Shown: one piece after another, positions 25,201 to 38,620 of the stretch
Layout: each line of letters begins with the position of its first letter
Position numbering within the stretch: the stretch's first letter is position 1
NCBI GenBank assembly: GCA_043228905.1
Contig: JBHGNT010000001.1
Location: 3,100,001 to 3,164,000 of the forward strand
Length of the DNA stretch: 64,000 nucleotides
Reading direction: 5' to 3'
Source of the DNA: Azolla caroliniana
Taxonomy: Eukaryota; Plantae; Polypodiophyta
The notes under the pieces: generated by a model
What the model saw: only the letters and a program-made list of their open reading frames with translations
What the model was told of the DNA's origin: nothing
The model's database searches: none
Position numbers and translations under genes: made by a program

Positions 25201-28200
25201 ATTTCTGAATAGATAAAGCTTAGCTGTATTTTCTGACTCAGCAGTTTAATTGAAGTGCCTGTACAATTGTTTTGGGACAGCTTGGTATCCATAGCAAAAC
25301 AGAGACCGACATTATATGGACGAGTATTGCCTGTTTTGCTTGGACTAGTGGCTAGTTTGGATGTAGTGAAAGGAGTGCAGATGACAAGCTTAACTCAGGC
25401 ATTAAAGAATGCTTTTGTAAATCTCCTCAAATGTACACATTCTGCATCTGGTCCGGTAAGCTGTTGTAAATAATGAGCTAGCTCTATTTATAAATATGCA
25501 TCAATGAGAGCTTTATGTTGCTTATTATATGAGGTTTGAGAATTTGGAAAGGAAACCTTTTCCTGTGATATTTACATGCACTGTTTTTCTAGTTATTTTG
25601 TTCTTTGTTCCAAGTTTCTCTTTATTTGGCCTTAGAAAGCATTGCATTTATGATCGCCCCAAGGTATTTGAGTGAGTAATCCTGACATGTACTTTTATCA
25701 CAATTAAATGCAGTGGCGAGAGCGCCTGGTTTCAGCCTTGAAAGTGATGCAGGGAGAAGATATTGGCGGTGAAACAGCTACATGCCAGGTACGTATTTTC
25801 TGCATGTTATACGAACATGGTCTTCAAAGATCTTAAATTCACCGTTTTCTTGTTTACAGACTGACAGACCACAACTACTTGATCGCAAGAGAGTTACACA
25901 TGAAAACGGAAATTTGGGTGATCAACCAGGGAAACGTCTACGGTCAAACCCTGATACCCTGAATTCAGGCTTAGAAGAGACACAATTAGCCACTAGTCAG
26001 GAAGAAACGCAGGATTCAAATAGTTCAAGCAATGAACTATCTCCCTTGCAGCAGATGATTGTCATGATTGCAGCGTTGGTTTCCAAGGGCGATCACGCAA
26101 ATTCATCAATCGATTTATTGGTTGCAAGTCTTTCACCTGACATGCTTGCAGATATAGTTATTGAGAATATGAGGAACTTGCCAGCCAATCCTCCTGCCAT
26201 GTCACCAGGAGTAAATGCGGATGTGCATTCAGGACTAACATTCAGCCTTGGGTTCACCTTGAATGCAGTTGCCACACTCGAACAGTCCTTTGAAAAGCCA
26301 TCAGATCGTAAGCGTGATTCGAGCAGGGTACTAAATTATCATTTGTCTTTTAATTCCCATTCTTTGACATGATGATTGTGTGGGAGTTCTATAATATGTT
26401 TATCCCACTGATAACAGGATCCTCGGCGTATGGACCCACGTCTTATATCAACCGATGTAAAACTTGAGGAGCCTATGTTGGACATACCTACTGGTATTGT
26501 TGATAACATGGCAGGAAGTGCAACCATTAAAAAGGAGAGTTTCGTTGTACCATCTAGTGGCGAGCAAATTGGGTTTATTCCAGGAATCAGCCAAATACAC
26601 GTGAAGCAGGAACCTATTGATGATGTAATGCAGGAACCTATTAATGATTTAGCCATTCCATCTGTAATATCTTCTTCAGTTGCACGTACACAAGGTCTTG
26701 CCATAAATTTATCCTCTGTTACTATTCCATCCACCATAGGAGTGACTATTGGTCCTGTATCCAATTCAGTTGAGCTGATAGATGCTTCAGATACATCAGA
26801 TCTCAAGCCTTCCATAACGGCTTTATCTACAAGCGTTGTAACTTCTGTGCCTGGTTTAGAATTAAAAAAGGAAGTTCAAGTACCAGCAGTTATATTGCCA
26901 ACTACACAGGCTACAACACCTATGATCTCCATGGATATCAGCCAACAGAAGGCCTTGTGGGAGGTGGCTTTGAAGAGAATACTTGAAAATTATAAGCAGG
27001 TGGGTTCTGGTGGTGGTTGTGAACTGCGGCTTTCCCTCTTACCTCGGCTGATCCTTGGGGTAAGGAATGTCCTATCAAACGAACACTTTGAAGTAAACTT
27101 GTAGTTTGGTTAATGCTATGTGCAATGATTCCTTATGCAGTCAGATGATGGTGAAACGTGGGGCATTTTGAAAAGGCATATCCTTGAAGATTACCAAAAT
27201 CATAAGGTATTTCTAATATGTAAGGAATGCAACTATAGGTTGGTTAGCATGTGGTGATAAGAGATATTTCTCTTATGATAGTATTTTTTGAGTCTGGTAT
27301 TAACTTGTTATGACTTGAACAAGTATCTAGTATACTTTAATATATCTATAATATCTTCTTGCATTTTGCAGGGACACGAGCTTACAATATATACACTTTA
27401 TCAATTATTTGCTACAAGACTCTCTAAAGAGGATCCTGATAGTATAGCAGCAGCTTCTGCGACGTATGACAATTTTCTTCTTTCTGTGGTAAGAAATTCT
27501 TTTGTTGGCTATTGTTTATTTAGGAAAGAATGAACCGTATTTTTGTCCATGTATTTTTATGGGCGCAAACTTGACCAAAAAATGCTTCATTAATCATCAT
27601 AATCCTGTCGCTGTGCATCTATACAGTTGCAACCAATAATGAAAACACTTATATCTTAAAGAACCGTAGTTATAGGTTGATGTGAGAGGAGGGAAGGGGG
27701 AGGTGTAGCTAACCAAATTATCAGGAGAGTGGCCAGCTGTTAACTGCTTCATCCGTGATTGGTCTCTCGTTCAAATCCTGCTTCCACGGGTGAAGTGGGA
27801 GATTTCAATCAAAAAGTGGGGAAAGGAATATAGATCAAAGAAGTTAGGCTCTGGAAAGAGTCACTTTTCATTTGATTAAGAAAATGTGATTTGACAAAGA
27901 GAATGGATAATAAACAGAAGACTTACTCTTTCTTCATGTTGTCCGTTGTCATGGAGAGTGTCATATTCAAGGATTCAGTTAACATTCGGAGCAGAATAAA
28001 ATGGTCCAAACTTCACATGAATACTACCATCTCGTTCAAAAGACTTGTCAAGGTGGCATTTAAGGTGCAAAACTATTGATATCTGCTACTAAATGCGTAG
28101 CAACATTTTTTAGGGTCTCTGTTGTGTTTGCAAATATCATTGGCAAGAAGAAAAATAATATATTTGTGTTGCTGCTGCAATTTAGAAGAAAAATGCCAAT

Positions 28201-31200
28201 TTGATAGGAGGTGATAAGAATATTCAAGATAAGTAGAATATTTGTGAAGTGTGTCATAAGGAGGTGATTGCAGAACTTGTTCGAATGACTGCTGGAAGGA
28301 TAATCTTAATATTGGGATGGTGGGAAAAGAGGTGATAACTGATATTCTTGCATGTATCAAAAAAACAAATGCAGCCTGAATATGTACAAACTTATGGAGT
28401 TGGCCTTTGTTTTAAAAGGTTTAAAGGTCTGCCTGATGTAGACTGAAAAAATCCTCACCAATTAATGTTTAGTCTGTGTTTCATCACCTGCCAACAGTTT
28501 TAGGATTAATTTAAGGTTTAGGATTTGGAAGCATAGACCAGAATCAGAATTAGGATTCTGGAGCACTATAACAGTCAAATATAGTCGATAAGGATCTCAT
28601 GTGAAAATGGAAAGGGCATAAACAAGAAAGATCAATGGTCAATGCAAAACAGAAAACATGCCAATGTTTTAAACAACTGAAGTCACTCCCAAATAATGAG
28701 GGGACAATTGAAGATGTGTAATTGATTATACAATTAAGAAACACTATCGAAGATGTGTAATCGATTATACAATTGAAGATGCGTAATCAATCATACAGTC
28801 AAAGATCAATGGTCCATGCAAAACAGCAAACATGCTGATATTTTAAACAACTGAAGTCACCCCCAAATAAAGAGGGGACAATTGAAGATGTGTAATCGAT
28901 CATATAGTTAAGGAACACTATTTCAATGGTATGAGGATATGAAATGCCTGATTAAAAAACAGTCACGTTACCTGAATACTGTATTATGCAGTATTATTTG
29001 TAGCCACAAATAATTTATTTTTTAGAGAGTTAATGTGGCAACCAATATAAAATTGCAGTTAATACAGGCAACCAATGGTGATTGATGTGGGGGGAGGGAG
29101 TGAGGAGGTGGCCATTATGAGCATAACCGTAACCACAGTTGTGGGCTAATTTGTGAAGGATGAAGGGTGAAGATTGAGTTATCTCAATCCTACGATGGGA
29201 GATAAGTTTAGAGTGTTTCATCAATTGGCTACTTTTTATAAAAAAGAAACCAAATGTGAAACATACAAGGGCGTAGGGTTTGAGCGCACATAAGAAGGCT
29301 AGGTACCTTTACAAAGGGAGATCTCTTTTCTTTACTATTTGAGATAGACACTTTGACAGTGTGGCAAAGCTCTAACTTCATACACATGTGCCTCCTTCTT
29401 CAAACCCAAGTTATGATCCATGTCCGTACATGGTGGTATAGGACACTGGCAGGGGACTTGGATCTGTCTCACACCTTCGCTAGGGGGTGGATCGGTGCCT
29501 TTTCTTCCTAATTTTCTTTCTTTAATTTTGCTTAATGTTAATTAAGATTTTAAAACTGGGTGTTGGCAAGTGGGTAACAATGAGCACTGGAGGCGTTGCA
29601 TGTCGAGGGAGAGGGGAAGAGTGAGCATCTGGTATGTGTGTTGTGATCATGGAGGATTACATCACCTCAAAGTCTTGTTGGGTGGATGAGGGAAGATGGT
29701 GATCCATGTCCAGAGACTGAGCATGTGGTGCCTAGTAGGCCGTTTATTAAGGTCAAAGACGAGGCTCCGATTAGGGTGGTCGGATGTTTGGAGCTGTGGA
29801 GAGTCGAATGGGGAGGAGAAGTCAGAGCAGCATCAGGAAGCAAGGGGTTGCATTGGTGCATCCTATAAAATACTTTGGGGCAGGTCTGCCGCCGAGATTT
29901 AGTTGTATCAACCTTGCTAAGCATAATTAGAGCAATGAAAGTGGCTTTAGGAAAGCAACCTTGCCTCATTCTCTATCAGAGTGGGTCTTCCCCTGACAGC
30001 AATTGTCCATCACAGATGCAGTTGTAAGTTTAAGCATATCTATTTATTGGAAAGACGAAAAATATGCAGCTTATGATGATGGAAAGTGGGGAGAAACCTG
30101 GTGCGCACGCAAGTTTGAATGTCGCCGTTATTAATAAGGACGATAGATCTGTATAAACTTGGTTTCAAAATGCGTAGACAGGGCTAGAAAAAAGTTTGAT
30201 TCTATTTGCTAATAAATGATTTTTTATTATTAAAGAGATTTATTCTTTGCTACGGATAATGTGTTCCCCTTTTTACAGGCAGAAGGTTTGAGGGACACAC
30301 TACCTCCATCCGATAAGTCCTTAGGCAAGTTGCTCTCTGAGGCTCCTGATTTTCCTTTAGCGGCATTGGATCTGCTTCAAGCATTATGTAATCCAGATCC
30401 TGAAACTAAGGATGGACTTGAATCCCCTGTTACTGAACGGATAACTCAAGGTTTAAGTGCAGTATGGAGTCTGATATTGCTGAGGCCTCCTATTCGATCA
30501 GAATGCCTCAATATTGCTCTCCAGGTAATTGTCTATGTACTCTTCAGGAATATTTGACTATTTCTCCATAGACAGAATCTATAGTTAATTTCTCTGCAGC
30601 TAACAAGGTGAAATTGCATATTTCTGACATGAGTTGGATTCAGTGTACAGTTCATGAGCTCGAAGAAGTGCGAACAAAGGCAATTCGACTGGTATTTCAT
30701 CTTTCTTGCTGATGTTATTTTTGGGCATTATTTTTGCTCCAACATTAAAAATTTGAATCAATTATGTACTTGCATATGTCTCTGGAGGCTCTCATAATGC
30801 AGGGCAGCTGACTCGTTTATTGCTTTGGTTATTACTTTTCAGGTTGCAAACAAACTCTATCCTCTAAGTTATATCTCTCAGGATATTGAAGAATTTGCTA
30901 CCAAAATGCTGCATACTGTATTGGAGATGAAATCACATTCTCAGGATGGGGCAAAGGATATGACAAAGGATGATGTTTTACTGCCACAAACTGACCAGGT
31001 CTTATTCTTCTTTTCTTTGTTGGATCTCTATATCTTACTGGACAAATGGAATTTTGTTTAAGCATGCAACATATCATTTATTCTTTATAATTATGACCCC
31101 ATTAATGGAGGGAATGTTGACAACACTTCGGAAAATGCATTTTTGGATTAGATGACAGACAAAAAGGTAGAGAAAAGAACAGAAATAAGCGATCAAAATT

Positions 31201-34200
31201 ATGAAGAAGACACACAAAAAGCCAGCAAGGGTGTTATTTCAGTGCAAGAGGCACAACGGTGCATGTCTCTGTATTTTGCCCTTTGTACAAAGGTTGCTAG
31301 ACCTCAGAATTGTGACATTGCCAACATTTTAAATTGTTATGATAACATGTGATTTTCAATTTGTGCTGCAGAAAAATTCCTTCCTTAGAGAAGTATTCAC
31401 TATCTATAAAGATTCTACTAAAGCTGTAAAGCAGGTATGTCGTGGTATTTATGATTTTGTGAGATTTGAGCCTTAATGTGTGAGGTGAAAGAAAATAAAA
31501 AATAAAAACAGTTTAGCAATGGGAAATTGGATAAGAACTATATTCCATGGTTTTGTCACTCTCTCTTCTACCAATAGAAATGCCCTTGTAAACTATGTTA
31601 TTTTTAGGATACGTGGATGAGATCTAAATATTATCGTGTGATGCAAATGAAAATCAAAAGGAATGACCGAAAAATATAAAATTGGATAAGATTTATATTT
31701 AACAACTTTGCAGTCTCTCTTTTACCAACAGATACATTCTCAAAAAGTTATATTTGATGTAAATATGCTCTGTGTGGTTATTTTAATAAAACGTAAATGA
31801 GTTTCAAAGCTGCAAAAAACTATGCTACATACAAGGCAAGGAAACATTTGAAGCTCATTTTGTTGTGGATCTCCTTTGGGAATTGAGATATATAAACTGG
31901 TACCACACATTTCAAGGTTAAGAATTTACACTGTACGAGAAACTCCTAGTTCCAGTTAGGTCTTTGACTAAAAACAGATTTAATTGTTCTATCCAGGCAG
32001 TTCATAAACATATGCCAGTTTTAATTCGAACAATAGGCCCTGCAGCCCCAGATCTGCTCCAGATAATATCTGACCCACCTCCTGGCAGCAAGAATCTTGT
32101 GCTTTTGGTGGGTTTCTTATCAACTGATGCATTTAAATCTGTAAACGAAATGACACAAACTTGATGAAGGTTGTTATATGAGCTTCATGACTGTCATATG
32201 ATATTTATGCATACAGGTGTTGCATGAACTAACGGAGTCATCACCGCCAAGTCCAGAGCTAATTGCTGCCGTTAAACAGTTATATGAGACAATGAAGGTA
32301 TTGGATTTCAGATTGAATGTCATTGCTAACAGTTCATTTGTGACTTAATTTCTTTATTTGGACAGGATGCAAAGGTTCTCACGCCAATACTATCATCTTT
32401 GTCTAAAGAAGAGGTTTCTCTCTCTCTCTCTCTCTCATATTAGTTATATGCTTTATTCTTGCAATCCATCTTCAAAATCATTCCACTACATGCATTAAGT
32501 TCATGAAGATGAGCTTTTATTTTTGTTTAAGTTTGGATAACATGAATCAACCCATATATGTACTCGTGATTTGTCTCATAGGCTGATTTTGGCATCTACT
32601 AAATGTTAATGCATAATTCTTTCTGTCTCCATTCATTATTAGCTCTAGGAACTCCTCAGCTTTTGCCGTCCACTTATATTCTACTTATTTTTCACGTGTG
32701 GTGATGTGCCTATTGTGATGCAGTGTATTTGAATGCTTGTTTCCCATATCTAAGATCGTCGTTTCTTTCTCTCTCTCCATTCATTATTAGCTTGAGGAAC
32801 TTCTCAGCGTTTGCCTCTATCAAGCTCACCAGGCATAGGTTTATGATGATGGATATCAAGCTCACTAGAAAAGTTGAATGCATGTCTTCTTTTGATTTAG
32901 ATGATAGCTCACACTTATATCCTGCGCCAGATAATGGCTGTAGCTTTTGCCTTTAGGTCATTTTGGTCTTTGGTAAATGTTAATTCTTAATTTCTTTCAT
33001 TCCTCTCTATTCATGAGCAACTTTTTGCAATTGAGTCTATGGCGGTCAGTTATGTGGTATTTTGTTACGCATATTTGTTCTTTAATTTTAGAATCTTGAT
33101 TTTGTGATATTGCATTTTATTTATTTATTTCAAGGTTTTGCCTATCTTTCCTCAATTGGTTGCGTTGCCTTCTCAAGATTTCAGAAATGCTCTAGATCGA
33201 ATTCTACAGGTAGGTGTTGTAGTTTTTTCAAACCCCTGAAATATTGCGAAATCATGGAGGTAAAAGCTAAATGATTTTTTTGCATTCCATACAGGGCTCT
33301 GTACATATTGGTCCCGCATTAACCCCTGCAGAGGTTCTTATCCTAATACATGGTATCGATCCAGAGCGTGATCATATACCGTTATCCACGGTAACAAGCA
33401 TTTAGATTTACTACTATTTTCCCCAATCTGTATGGCTTCTAAACCAATCAGAAATATGCAGGTGAAAGATGCATGCACTGTATGTTTCCAACAAAGGACT
33501 GTATTCACTCAGCAAGTTCTGGCAAAAGTTCTCAACCAACTGGTGATATTCTAAGGCCATTACTTGTATTAGTTTCTCAAAGGTTAAAACATTCAATGCT
33601 ATTATATAATTCTTAGTCAGGTAAATTGTTACATAGGCAGTGTCTGAATTTTAATAGCTTCTTGCAATCAAATACTGTATTGGAATTGGTAACCACCACA
33701 GTCAAAGAGGGGAAAAATACAGCACCAGCAAGCTTATTATGATAATCATAATTCAAGGCCATCCCTTGGAGTTTTTTCCTCTCTCAGACCATTTATTTTA
33801 ATCTGTCAGTTTAGATAGATGAACCTCTCTTGGTCGCAAGTTTTGTTACGCTTTCATACAGTTCATGATTACCCAACACTTTGATGATGATTCTAATGGA
33901 CTTCACATACAGTTAACATAAGAAATCTTTTTTCCTGAAACGGAGAGAATAAAAAGTGGAGAGGTAAGATAATTCATTGATGGAAAACAGGTAGAACAGA
34001 CACCACTTCCTATGCTCTTCATGCGGACTGTGATTCTAGCTGTCGGATCTTTTCGGTCATTGGTACTTTCTTCTGGCATTTATGCCTAATATATGATAAC
34101 TGTAAACAAAATACCCCTGACGTTTTGGATATTTACCAGAATATCCCTAAATTTCCAATAATGCCCAGAATATGCGTCAGTTGTAAAATTTAAAAATTTA

Positions 34201-36487
34201 GGGATGTTCTGGTAAATTCCCTAAGAAGTTAGAGGTATTTTGGTGTTTTTCAGTTATTATTACTATGAGTAGATCCTTAGGCTGCAAAACATAAATTTGG
34301 AGCTTCTTCAGGTGAGCTTTGTGATGGAGATACTTTCTCGACTTGTGAACAAACAGGTGATTTTGTTTTCTTTGTCTTTATTTGTTTTATATTGGGTAAT
34401 TGTATTAATTACTATGGTCTACAAAAAGTCGCAAAACAACTATATGCTTCATTGGTATTGTTATTTAATATAAAATTTGGTATCCTAATTTTCACAGATT
34501 TGGAAATGGCCAAATTTATGGATAGGGTTTTTAAAATGTGCAGAGCAAACACAGCCTCATTCATTCCATGTTCTCCTCCAGGTAAAATATTATTGGGAAA
34601 AGTACCAGGATACCCCTGGAAGTTCGTCTATTTACCAGAATGCCCCTGGAAGTTCCAAATTTACCAAACAACCCCTATGTCCAAAAAATTACACTTTATA
34701 AAGTAATTATACACTCAAATCTTTGGTAAATAGGGTTAGTTTGGGTCCATTTCTTCCATCTTTGGTCAATATGGCTTGTAGATTTGAGTGTATAAATACT
34801 TTATAAGTGTAATTTTTTGGACATAGGGGTAGTTTGGTAAATTTGGAACTTCCAGGGGCATTCTGGTAAATAGACGAACTTCCAGGGGTATCCTGGTACT
34901 TTTCCCAATATTATTCTATTGAATATGAAATAGCGAAAGATTTGTATATTAATGTATCTAGCTTATCCTTCAAACGTAATTATTTATATTACAACTCTGA
35001 GATAGGAATGTTGAGTTAAAAGCCTTGTAGACAGTCTACAAGGAATTGAAGAAACCAAGGGGTATGAATTTTTCCATGAAATATTGTGAAGGTGTGACAG
35101 ATAAACAAAGAAATTTTTACATTAAAATTCTTGTAACTAGCTTGGATTTGGTACCAGTATATCTTCTGGAATGTAATTCAGTGTAAGATTGGTAGAGGGC
35201 ATTCAGCTTGCACCTGTAAATGTGAATAAGTTTCTCATTTACTCTCTAGAATATTTCATCGTTACCACTGGATGGGTGGAAAGAAGGTACTGACTTATGC
35301 ACTTCAAGAGAGAATAAATTTCTAACGTACTATCTAAAATTAGAAAATATAAAGTGGGATTCATGAACTATATATGAAAATTTCTGCTCAAATTATTTAA
35401 AAGTTTTAAAATGCTTAATATCTCAATATTAGTGCCTCTCAGATTTAATAGCACATGGACCATAATTACACAGCTGCAATAGGTTTTTTGAAGGATTAAT
35501 GAACTTTCACAGAAAAATGCTATTTCATTAATCGATATAGTGAATAGTGATCTTGTTCACTTTCCTATATTTTACTTTCAGCAGTTCCTTCTTGTCCTAA
35601 ATGGTCCATGTGCTGTAACTGCAGTTGAAGTCTAGATTTGTTTGGTAGGAATGATTTTCTTTTCTCTAACTGCTTTCAATATATATATTTTCTTTTTTTC
35701 TTCTTTTTTCTGAAACTTATCTTTACTTCGTATATTTGTAAGTTTCAAACCATGGTTTCATCTTTGAAGTTTGAAGAAAGTATATGTGACAGTCACTTGT
35801 AAGTGTGGAAGTCTTGCCCCAACCTAAGACCTTTGTCCAAGCCATTGATAACGTTCTTGGTCTCTTTTAAAAAAATGTGCTTCTTATATTGTTCTTGCAA
35901 GTAGTTGTATTTTATGCCTATGGTAGGGAGAACAGATCTATTCCTGGCTATCCATGATTTTGATGATGATGTTGCATTTCTTGAGCTGGTCATTCCGGAC
36001 GTGACAGTGCATTGGACCATTTGATTTGTTCTTATAAAGAAAGATTTGTGTGATGGTTTTAGATATATTTAAAAAATTTGATTTACTTTTCTCCTGACAT
36101 GAAGTTGTCTCTGAATATCTATTCTTGTATATCCAAACTAGCTTCCTGCATTGCAATTGGAAAAGGCATTAAGTCGGCATCCAAATCTGCGTCCATCTCT
36201 TACTGCACATGCAGCAAAGCCGAATGTCCGCTCAACATTGCCAAGGTTACACTCAAACTCTAAATCTTCATCAATGAGGAAATGTCACTGACTAATAATT
36301 CATGTGGGTTCTATTGATATTTTGGTGCTGCCAATGTTCAATGTGTAGATCTTCACTAGTGGTTTTGGGACTAGCACAAGATACCTTGCCATCAGAGGCA
36401 TCTTCAGGACAACCCGAAAACTCTACAACCACTGGTACTAATGCTGATACTGAAGCACCTACAATCGATCTCCCTGCTACAACATAG
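22267..36487 (+). CDS. ESP4: Symplekin (ESP4/PTA1-like scaffold of the cleavage/polyadenylation complex), >20 exons
   Basis: N-terminal symplekin domain exons (LLHRDPSLLTEFVPHLMELQTERPAPIRNFL; IAKQRPTLYGRVLPVLL), central DPRRMDPR, and C-terminal domain exons (ERITQGLSAVWSLILLRPPIR; AQRCMSLYFALCTK; VEQTPLPMLFMRTV; IWKWPNLWIGFLKCA; LPALQLEKAL). Stop TAG at 36485-36487. Confidence 0.93.
27699..27801 (+). pseudogene. Decayed organellar-type tRNA-Asn(GUU) sequence in a symplekin intron
   Basis: GTAGCT...GAGAGTGGCCAGCTGTTAACTG[insert]GATTGGTC...GTTCAAATCCTGCTT...GGGAG aligns by eye to plastid trnN-GUU as recalled (GTAGCTCAGTGGTAGAGCGGTCGGCTGTTAACCGATTGGTCGTAGGTTCGAATCCTACTTGGGGAG). Insertions destroy the cloverleaf. 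Confidence 0.5.
28626..28922. repeat. Direct duplication, ~120 bp x2, with internal ~23-bp sub-repeats, in a symplekin intron
   Basis: aaagatcaatggtc.atgcaaaacag...ttttaaacaactgaagtcac...gaggggacaattgaagatgtgtaat at ~28626 and ~28801; gaagatgtgtaatNgattatacaatt repeated about 3 times between them. Confidence 0.88.
34097..34258. mobile_element. Short degenerate foldback element related to the 312-bp MITE family
   Basis: ataactg.aaacaaaatacccct...atttaccagaatatccctaaattt pairs with aaatttagggatgttctggtaaat...aggtattttggtgtttt.cagttat. Shares the atttaccagaat..ccct core with the larger MITEs. Confidence 0.65.
34595..34906. mobile_element. Foldback Mutator-like MITE, copy 2, with perfect 9-bp TSD
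   Basis: Arms 34595-34722 and 34780-34906 are near-perfect inverted repeats. AATATTATT flanks both sides (34586-34594 and 34907-34915). Long TIRs starting with G plus a 9-bp TSD are MULE hallmarks. Confidence 0.95.
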
Positions 36488-37544
36488 GAGCCTTTCTTAT
36501 TTTTCTTTGTTCGGGCAAAAGAGTTTTCAATTTTGTAAACTCCTGAGTTCTGGAGATGAGACATGGAAATTGTAAGTAGCAGCCTAAAGTATGAAACAAG
36601 AAGCGAGATTGATGTGTTGCAACTGATACCCGGAGTCTGGCTATCTCATGAGCAACATGTATACATGTAAAATAAGTTGTCACTTAAGAAACATTTGCAT
36701 GCTCCACTAAAAGCTTGTTATACTCTTTCCAAAGCTGTTGAAATTTCAAAGGATGACAGTGTTTTCTAACCAAGTCCAAACCTGTTAGTTTAGGTCCTGA
36801 ACTTCTACATTGAGAATTGATGCTGCATCAGCCGAGAGCTTCTGTATACACATTCTTGATCATTAAAGTTCAAGTATTACATGAACACAGAGTTAGACTT
36901 CAATGTGAACGGTTTAATTCTGCTCAAAATTTGGAATTTTGTTCTCCACCATTGAATTGTTGACTTGTGCTGGTTTCAGATTTTGTTTTCTATACCAATG
37001 ATGACATTAATAACATGCCCATTTATATGACTATCCATCCATTTCACTACAATCTGAGAAGCCATAGCCTTGCTAATAGATCAAAGATGAAGAATATTGG
37101 TACTAAGTTGTGGCGATGGAGTTCCATGCTTTTGAGTTACATATACTCTGTTACTTAAAGACTTTATTCATGTATATTCATTCATATACTCTCCACATTA
37201 TACTCTCTATAAAGATGTACTCTATATTTACATCTAAGTATGTGTATGAAGTTCTCTGCAAGGAAACAAGATTTTGAATGTAATCTGATGTATAGATATT
37301 TAACATATGGTATGTGATGGTTTCAATGGCAGTAGAAAAAAAAAAACCCTGTTTGGAAGTACTAGGAGAGGAATCAAACAAGTGATATGGGAGAATCAGA
37401 GTCAAATGAAGAGAATGGGGATGCTAGTGACAAAACAAAGAAGTGACCATAAGAAGCATTTCTGTAAATTGGATTTATGATCACCAAAAGATCAGAACAC
37501 CTTAATATGGATTTTTTAATTATACATATATGTACACAGCCCAT

Positions 37545-37790
37545 TCTATCCAGATATTTCAATATTTCCAAGTCTTTTATTTACATTACCTGTGGTCTCT
37601 ATGTTCCTTGGGAATTGATATGTTGTGCAAACATATCATTTGCAGAAGACGTATAGTCTGAATCTTCTTTTGTTGGCATAGTCAATTATGCATATTTGTA
37701 TGCAACGCACTCTATTCAGATATTTCTATATTCCAAGGTCTTTTATTTACATTCCCCGTGGTCTCTATCTTCCTTAGGAATTGGTATGTG
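37545..37790. repeat. Diverged direct duplication, ~80 bp x2
   Basis: tctat.cagatatttc.atatt...tttatttacatt.cc.gtggtctctat..tcctt.ggaattg.tatgt at ~37545 and ~37711. Confidence 0.8.
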
Positions 37791-37939
37791 GTGGATGAGA
37801 CATGAGACGTATTGTCTGAATGTTCTTTTGCTTCTACTTTTGACTTTTGTCCGGATTGACATTAGAACAGTCATCAACTCATGTTTTGCATGTGAAGTGG
37901 TGGTATCTCCATGATTAGAGGATAGCTCTTCTCCATGGA

Positions 37940-38620
37940 ACATTCATGCGGTTGTAAAGCATACTCAAGGGTCCACCAGGGTACTTCCCCAATTGTTGGT
38001 TGCGCACACCCAACATCTGCGTGAAGTTTTTCTGCTGTCTCAGCATACTATCTCAATGATTCCCGGATTATCTTCTGTTTGAGGTATGGATCAATTATGT
38101 CATACAACACACCCATCTTCTGCTTCTTGATGACCCATTCAGCAAGATTGATTTGGTCTCTACGTTAATTAATGTTAATCACAGGTCCACCCTGATCGAG
38201 GCCACCAACATTCACTCAATGCATTGTTTCCATTACAGTGCTGGAGATGGGCAAGCTGGGTGGGTGTGTTAAGTTGAAAATCAATATTCTTGATGGTGTT
38301 GGAGAACATGTCATCTGGCATGGGAATGAACTCGATGCCATTGAAACTACCTAAATTCATTACTGCATATTTTGATCCCTAGTGTGTTTTGCATGGTCTG
38401 ATAATTAGTACGACTTGTTTCCACAATTGTGTGGAGTCATTGTATCAATGATGTCTGAGTACTTGTATGTGAACTTTACCATTAACATTTCTTGTAAAAA
38501 TGAAGCAAAATGGTACTAATGAAAATATTAACAAGCAAAGAACATCCCTCAAGGAAAACAATACATTCACGGTTGAAAGTGAAGAATTGTTTTCGCCATG
38601 CATGTTAAGAGTTTGTCCTT
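37940..38620 (-). pseudogene. CrRLK1L (malectin-like receptor kinase, FER/HERK/THE family) pseudogene with large internal deletion
   Basis: Malectin-like motifs FNGIEFIPMPDDMF and METMH*VNVGG are followed within ~50 nt by the kinase C-lobe end RDQINLAEWVIKKQKMGVLYDIIDPYLKQKIIRESLR*YAETAEK...PTIG, then (frameshift) WTLEYALQ. Stops and frameshifts are present. Confidence 0.8.

Noticed and set aside
29400-30200. GC-richer block with short ORFs in the long symplekin intron
   Set aside because: Probably TE-derived, but no recognisable domain or termini could be supported.
34392-34706. ORFs ending ...PMSKKLHFIK / PLCPKKLHFIK (also 20182-20370), suggesting a small protein family
   Set aside because: The shared peptide comes from reading through the non-coding MITE arms.
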